64,000 nt of DNA from assembly GCA_020353515.1 (NCBI GenBank), contig CP070695.1, positions 2,738,155 to 2,802,154 of the forward strand, in the 5' to 3' direction. The notes under the pieces are model-generated. The model was not told the origin of the DNA and ran no database searches. It saw only the letters and a program-made list of their open reading frames with translations. Source of the DNA: Candidatus Heimdallarchaeota archaeon (lineage in GTDB: Archaea > Asgardarchaeota > Heimdallarchaeia > Hodarchaeales > Hodarchaeaceae). Positions 60,390 to 64,000 of the stretch are shown here, one piece after another; within the stretch, counting starts at the first letter, position 1, and every line of letters starts with the position of its first letter. Both the position numbers and the translations under genes were made by a program.

Positions 60390-61721
60390 ATGGTTGAAAG
60401 TGATTCAACTATTTCTCTAATTTGGATTGGACATGTGGATCATGGAAAATCAACTACGCTCGGACATTTATTATTTCAAATAGGAGCCATTGATCCCAGA
60501 TCCATGGAAAAAATAAAAGAAGAAGCTGAAGAACACCAAATGGAATCGTGGCAATGGGCTTATATTCTAGATACATTACCAGAGGAAAAACAGCGGGGGA
60601 TCACTGCAGATGTTGCATTCTATCCATTTAAAACGGAAAAAAGAAATTTTATACTTATTGATGCCCCTGGACATCGTGATTTTGTGAAAAATATGATTAG
60701 AGGAGCAGCACTAGCAGATGCGTGTGTATTGGTAGTAAGTGCTGTACCTAATGACCTTAAATCTGGCTTAAAAACAGGAGGCTATCAAAATCCAGGTGGC
60801 CAGACTAGGGAACATGCCATACTTGCTTCAGTCTTGGGAATTAATCAACCCATCGTGGCAATAAATAAGATGGACTTAGTTGATTTTCAAGAAAAACGTT
60901 TTTTTCAAGCGGTCACTCGTATTAAGTCATTATTTCAAGAAATCCAATCACCTTGGGCAAAAAATATTGAAGAAATACCTTTTATCCCCATTAGTGGTTT
61001 TACTGGAGATAACTTAACCCATCCTTCTGAAAAATTACCCTGGTATTCGGGGCCGAGTTTGATTGAGGCTTTAAATTCATTAAAGGGTCGTGTAACACAA
61101 GAAGAGTTAGGAATGAGGTTTGTTACATATGATTTAGATGAGAAACATGGTTTTGGAACTTTATTATTAGGAAAAGTCCTAGGAGCACCACTAGATGTAG
61201 GAGACTCAGTCATGGTATTACCTCAAGGTATTTCAGCCGAGGTAAAGGAAGCTTGGATTCAAGAAGAAAAAACAGCACGGATTGATCCAGAAAATTATGG
61301 ATCAGTTCTATTACGAAATATAGATAAAGATTCATTAGAAGAAGGGATTGTATTAACACATGAACAGACAGATTATCGTTTTGCTTCTCTTATTCGAGCT
61401 AGATTATTAGTTCTTGAAGGAGCTTTCGTACCAGGTTCTTCTTTGATTCTTCATTGTGGAACATCTTATACAACAACACAAATCTCAACAATTATTCGGA
61501 TTTTGAAGGAAAGCCCAAAACACAAGAATATATCCCGAGATTTTGAGGGAAGAATTAATATTGCCTTCAAGGGTGAATTAATCGAAGTAGATCTTATCCT
61601 TGACTCTCCGATAGTCATTGAAAAATTTTCTGAATATCCAGAATTGGGAAGGATTATATTACGACATTCTGGACAGACTATCGCAGTTGGTATTGTTCAT
61701 GAAATAATAGAACAAAATTAA
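60390..61721 (+). CDS. Second EF-1alpha-family GTPase (HBS1/eRF3-like paralog)
   Basis: GHVDHGKST, RGIT, DAPGHRDFVKNM, GGQTREH, NKMD, LGRIILR; divergent domain II. Confidence 0.85.
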   Translation: MVESDSTISLIWIGHVDHGKSTTLGHLLFQIGAIDPRSMEKIKEEAEEHQMESWQWAYILDTLPEEKQRGITADVAFYPFKTEKRNFILIDAPGHRDFVKNMIRGAALADACVLVVSAVPNDLKSGLKTGGYQNPGGQTREHAILASVLGINQPIVAINKMDLVDFQEKRFFQAVTRIKSLFQEIQSPWAKNIEEIPFIPISGFTGDNLTHPSEKLPWYSGPSLIEALNSLKGRVTQEELGMRFVTYDLDEKHGFGTLLLGKVLGAPLDVGDSVMVLPQGISAEVKEAWIQEEKTARIDPENYGSVLLRNIDKDSLEEGIVLTHEQTDYRFASLIRARLLVLEGAFVPGSSLILHCGTSYTTTQISTIIRILKESPKHKNISRDFEGRINIAFKGELIEVDLILDSPIVIEKFSEYPELGRIILRHSGQTIAVGIVHEIIEQN

Positions 61722-61795
61722 TCGGAAATAATTCTAAATAAAAGCTAACACATTAATTAATAATCATCAAGAGCACTGACAAGTTGAAGATCTTC

Positions 61796-62371
61796 TTATC
61801 GTGCACTTAAAGCGACACGTTCGATATCTTGTTTTCTTTTTATCGCATTAGAGTTTGGATTATTAGTAGAGGCTAAAATAAGTTGTTCAGCTAAGATTTC
61901 ATCAAAGGTTCTTACATTATTGAAAGCTGATTTCCTAACCGATTGAGCTAATAATCGTAGGGCAACATCAATCCGACGTTGAGGGGCACTATCAACAGCT
62001 GTATGATAAACAATTCCCCCATACGAGATACGTGTTGTTTCTTCTCTTGGTGCACAATTCACAATAGCATCAACGAGAACTTGAATGGGATTGTTCCCAG
62101 TTTTTAATTCAATTACTTGTAGGGCTGATTTCACAACATTAAGAGCCATGATCTTTTTTCCTGTATTCTTTCCAGGGCTCATTAATTTGTTTGCCAGACG
62201 CTCGATAATATGTACATAAGATTTATGAAATCGTTTGTGCTCATGACGCCCTGCACTATGAGGAACAAGTCTTTCGGTTAAATTGATATACCTAACAAGT
62301 CCAACATCTTTGATTTCGATATCTTTACAATCCCATAATCCAAATATCTTCATTTCTTCAAAATTAACCAT
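61796..62371 (-). CDS. rps7: 30S ribosomal protein uS7
   Basis: PHSAGRH, IIERLANKLM, NPIQVLVDAI, APREE, ERVALSAR. Confidence 0.97.
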   Translation of the reverse strand: MVNFEEMKIFGLWDCKDIEIKDVGLVRYINLTERLVPHSAGRHEHKRFHKSYVHIIERLANKLMSPGKNTGKKIMALNVVKSALQVIELKTGNNPIQVLVDAIVNCAPREETTRISYGGIVYHTAVDSAPQRRIDVALRLLAQSVRKSAFNNVRTFDEILAEQLILASTNNPNSNAIKRKQDIERVALSAR

Positions 62372-62390
62372 TTTAATCTTCCACTTATCT

Positions 62391-62714
62391 CTATGTCCTT
62401 AACTCGATTTCAACAAATATTGAACGAGAAACATTTAATCTAATAATTTGTCTCATCGTTCTATCATCTGCGTCGATGTCTATTAACCGTTTATGGATTC
62501 GTAACTCGTAATCTTCCCAAGTCGCGGTGCCCTGTCCGCTTGGTGACTTTCTCACGGGTAATTTCAACTTTTTTGTAGGTAAAGGAATGGGACCTCGCAT
62601 CTTTACCCCAGACTTCTCTGCAATTCGTTTCATTTCGTCGCAGATGCCGTCAAGCTGGCCAACATCGGTACTCATTAACCTAATTCGCGCTACGGACACC
62701 AAGATTAGATTCAC
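62391..62714 (-). CDS. rps10: 30S ribosomal protein uS10
   Basis: ARIRL.S, GPIPLPTK, RKSP.G.GTATW, RIHKRLID. Confidence 0.97.
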   Translation of the reverse strand: MNLILVSVARIRLMSTDVGQLDGICDEMKRIAEKSGVKMRGPIPLPTKKLKLPVRKSPSGQGTATWEDYELRIHKRLIDIDADDRTMRQIIRLNVSRSIFVEIELRT

Positions 62715-63045
62715 CTAATTGTAGATGTAATTCTTTCTGTTAGATTGCTCAAATGGGAAGTATAATTTAAAGTTATAAGGATTATTAGTTTTTACATCCT
62801 TTTTTATACCTAAATTGTATTTAACCTTTGAATTAACTTAAAAGTATCCAATTCAAAGAAGCAAAGCGTGTATTGTTTCTTCTCAACTTATCAAGCATGT
62901 GAAGTACTTCTTATCAATAAATTGAATCATTACTAAGTAATAGGAACCTTTAAGACAGAAATTACCTCAACAAAGATGTTGAAAATGATCCTAATATAAT
63001 AATATTCTGGTTATTTGAAAGTTATCATTAAAATTATAAGTAAAA

Positions 63046-63214
63046 CGCCGGGGGAGGGAATTTCTTTCAGGATAATAACACCCTGGAATTCGAACCCTCG
63101 AGTACAATAGTACACTGGCTTTCGGTCATAGTATAAAATTTTCAATGTCTCAAGGCCAGCGCCGTTCTAAAGGGTGATGGTGAACCATTAACCCGTCCAC
63201 TTGGCTACCCCGGC
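63046..63214 (-). tRNA. tRNA-Ser(TGA) with three introns (D-loop 28 nt, anticodon loop 28 nt, T-loop 59/60 29 nt)
   Basis: GCCGGGG/CCCCGGC plus G73, CTGGC/GCCAG anticodon stem, long variable arm GTAC-TATT-GTAC, GAGGG/CCCTC T-stem; mature length 84 nt. Confidence 0.88.
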
Positions 63215-63234
63215 AAAATGGATAGCTAGAGAAT

Positions 63235-63690
63235 TTATGGGCCAGTTTTATAGTCATACATCACAATTGTGCCTGCTGCTGCTATAATGGTGATAATGAT
63301 ACCCAAGATTAATAATGTAATGGAAGTTCGCACATCATATGCAAAACGAGTGGAATAATGAATTAAATAAAGGCCTCCTGAACCTATTCCAAAAAATAAT
63401 CCTGCGATCAAGGACTCAACCAAGAACTGTTCACTTGTAGATTTGAAAATTGGTACAAGTTGGGTGGCTGTCTGTCCCATTGGCAATGGTTGTTCTGTAA
63501 GATTGTAAAGTCCTCCAGCTAAAATAAATACTGTAACAAACAATAAGACGGCTAGAATATATTTATGAGGAGCTTCGTAGGGGAGTTCAATATCAGGAAC
63601 CCTAAAATCGATTGTAGGTCTTTTTAGACCAGGAATCCAAGGAAGTCGAGGAAAATAAGCCTTCTCTTTATCAGGTTGTTTTTTTGACAT
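63235..63690 (-). CDS. OSTC/DC2 (OST3/OST6 family) oligosaccharyltransferase subunit
   Basis: FILAGGLYNL...P...G, EQFLVESL.AG..F..G..GL; 3 TM; 151 aa, no thioredoxin domain. Confidence 0.82.
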   Translation of the reverse strand: MSKKQPDKEKAYFPRLPWIPGLKRPTIDFRVPDIELPYEAPHKYILAVLLFVTVFILAGGLYNLTEQPLPMGQTATQLVPIFKSTSEQFLVESLIAGLFFGIGSGGLYLIHYSTRFAYDVRTSITLLILGIIITIIAAAGTIVMYDYKTGP

Positions 63691-64000
63691 AATAATAACC
63701 TTTATACTGAGTTCAACGTTTGATCTCTAATTTACTTTTCATTCTTTAAACTGTAATTGTATTATCTTAAGTCTGAAGACAATTTGAAACTGGATTACAA
63801 TTAATTCGCCTTTAGAGGTTAATACTATCGACAAATGTACGGGATGAGGAGCAATGAGTCTAGCTTAATTTCTTTTCGAAATTAAAGTATAATTAGATTT
63901 TTAGTTAGTTTTCTAATTTCCTTGGATATCTGGTTTTTTTCTCTTCTTTAAAATGTTTTTAAAGTCAATATGACCCATTCCCTCAAGATCAGAAATATTG

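Noticed and set aside
63046-63214. tRNA-Sec interpretation of the long-variable-arm tRNA
   Set aside because: The anticodon is TGA (Ser), not TCA, and the acceptor stem is the standard 7 bp

Overview
AT-rich archaeal chromosome segment, most likely from an Asgard archaeon (inferred from the eukaryotic-signature proteins; the exact lineage cannot be fixed from sequence alone). The backbone is a rearranged version of the conserved archaeal information-processing operons: r-proteins, RpoA'/A''/D/H, Spt5, NusA, a TFS-like and a TFB-like factor, eIF6, FtsY, SecY/SecE, RIO1/Dim2/Csl4/KsgA, TiaS, deoxyhypusine synthase and five tRNAs, four of them with introns. Main points of interest: (1) an ER-like protein-biogenesis set, with homologs of four non-catalytic oligosaccharyltransferase subunits (OST48/Wbp1-like, ribophorin I-like, OSTC/OST3-like and an apparent DAD1/Ost2 homolog) near SecY, SecE, FtsY and an EMC3/TMCO1 protein; (2) a compact Rab-like GTPase / KaiC-like ATPase / roadblock / FIST / MFS signalling operon divergent from an Flp-like pilin; (3) a divergent Tad/T4P-like locus with small VirB2-like hairpin membrane proteins and a large sequon-rich surface protein; (4) tandem EF-1alpha paralogs, one resembling HBS1/eRF3; (5) multi-intron tRNAs and a tRNA-Gln that overlaps a stop codon. 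All homology calls come from motif recognition by eye, not from database searches.
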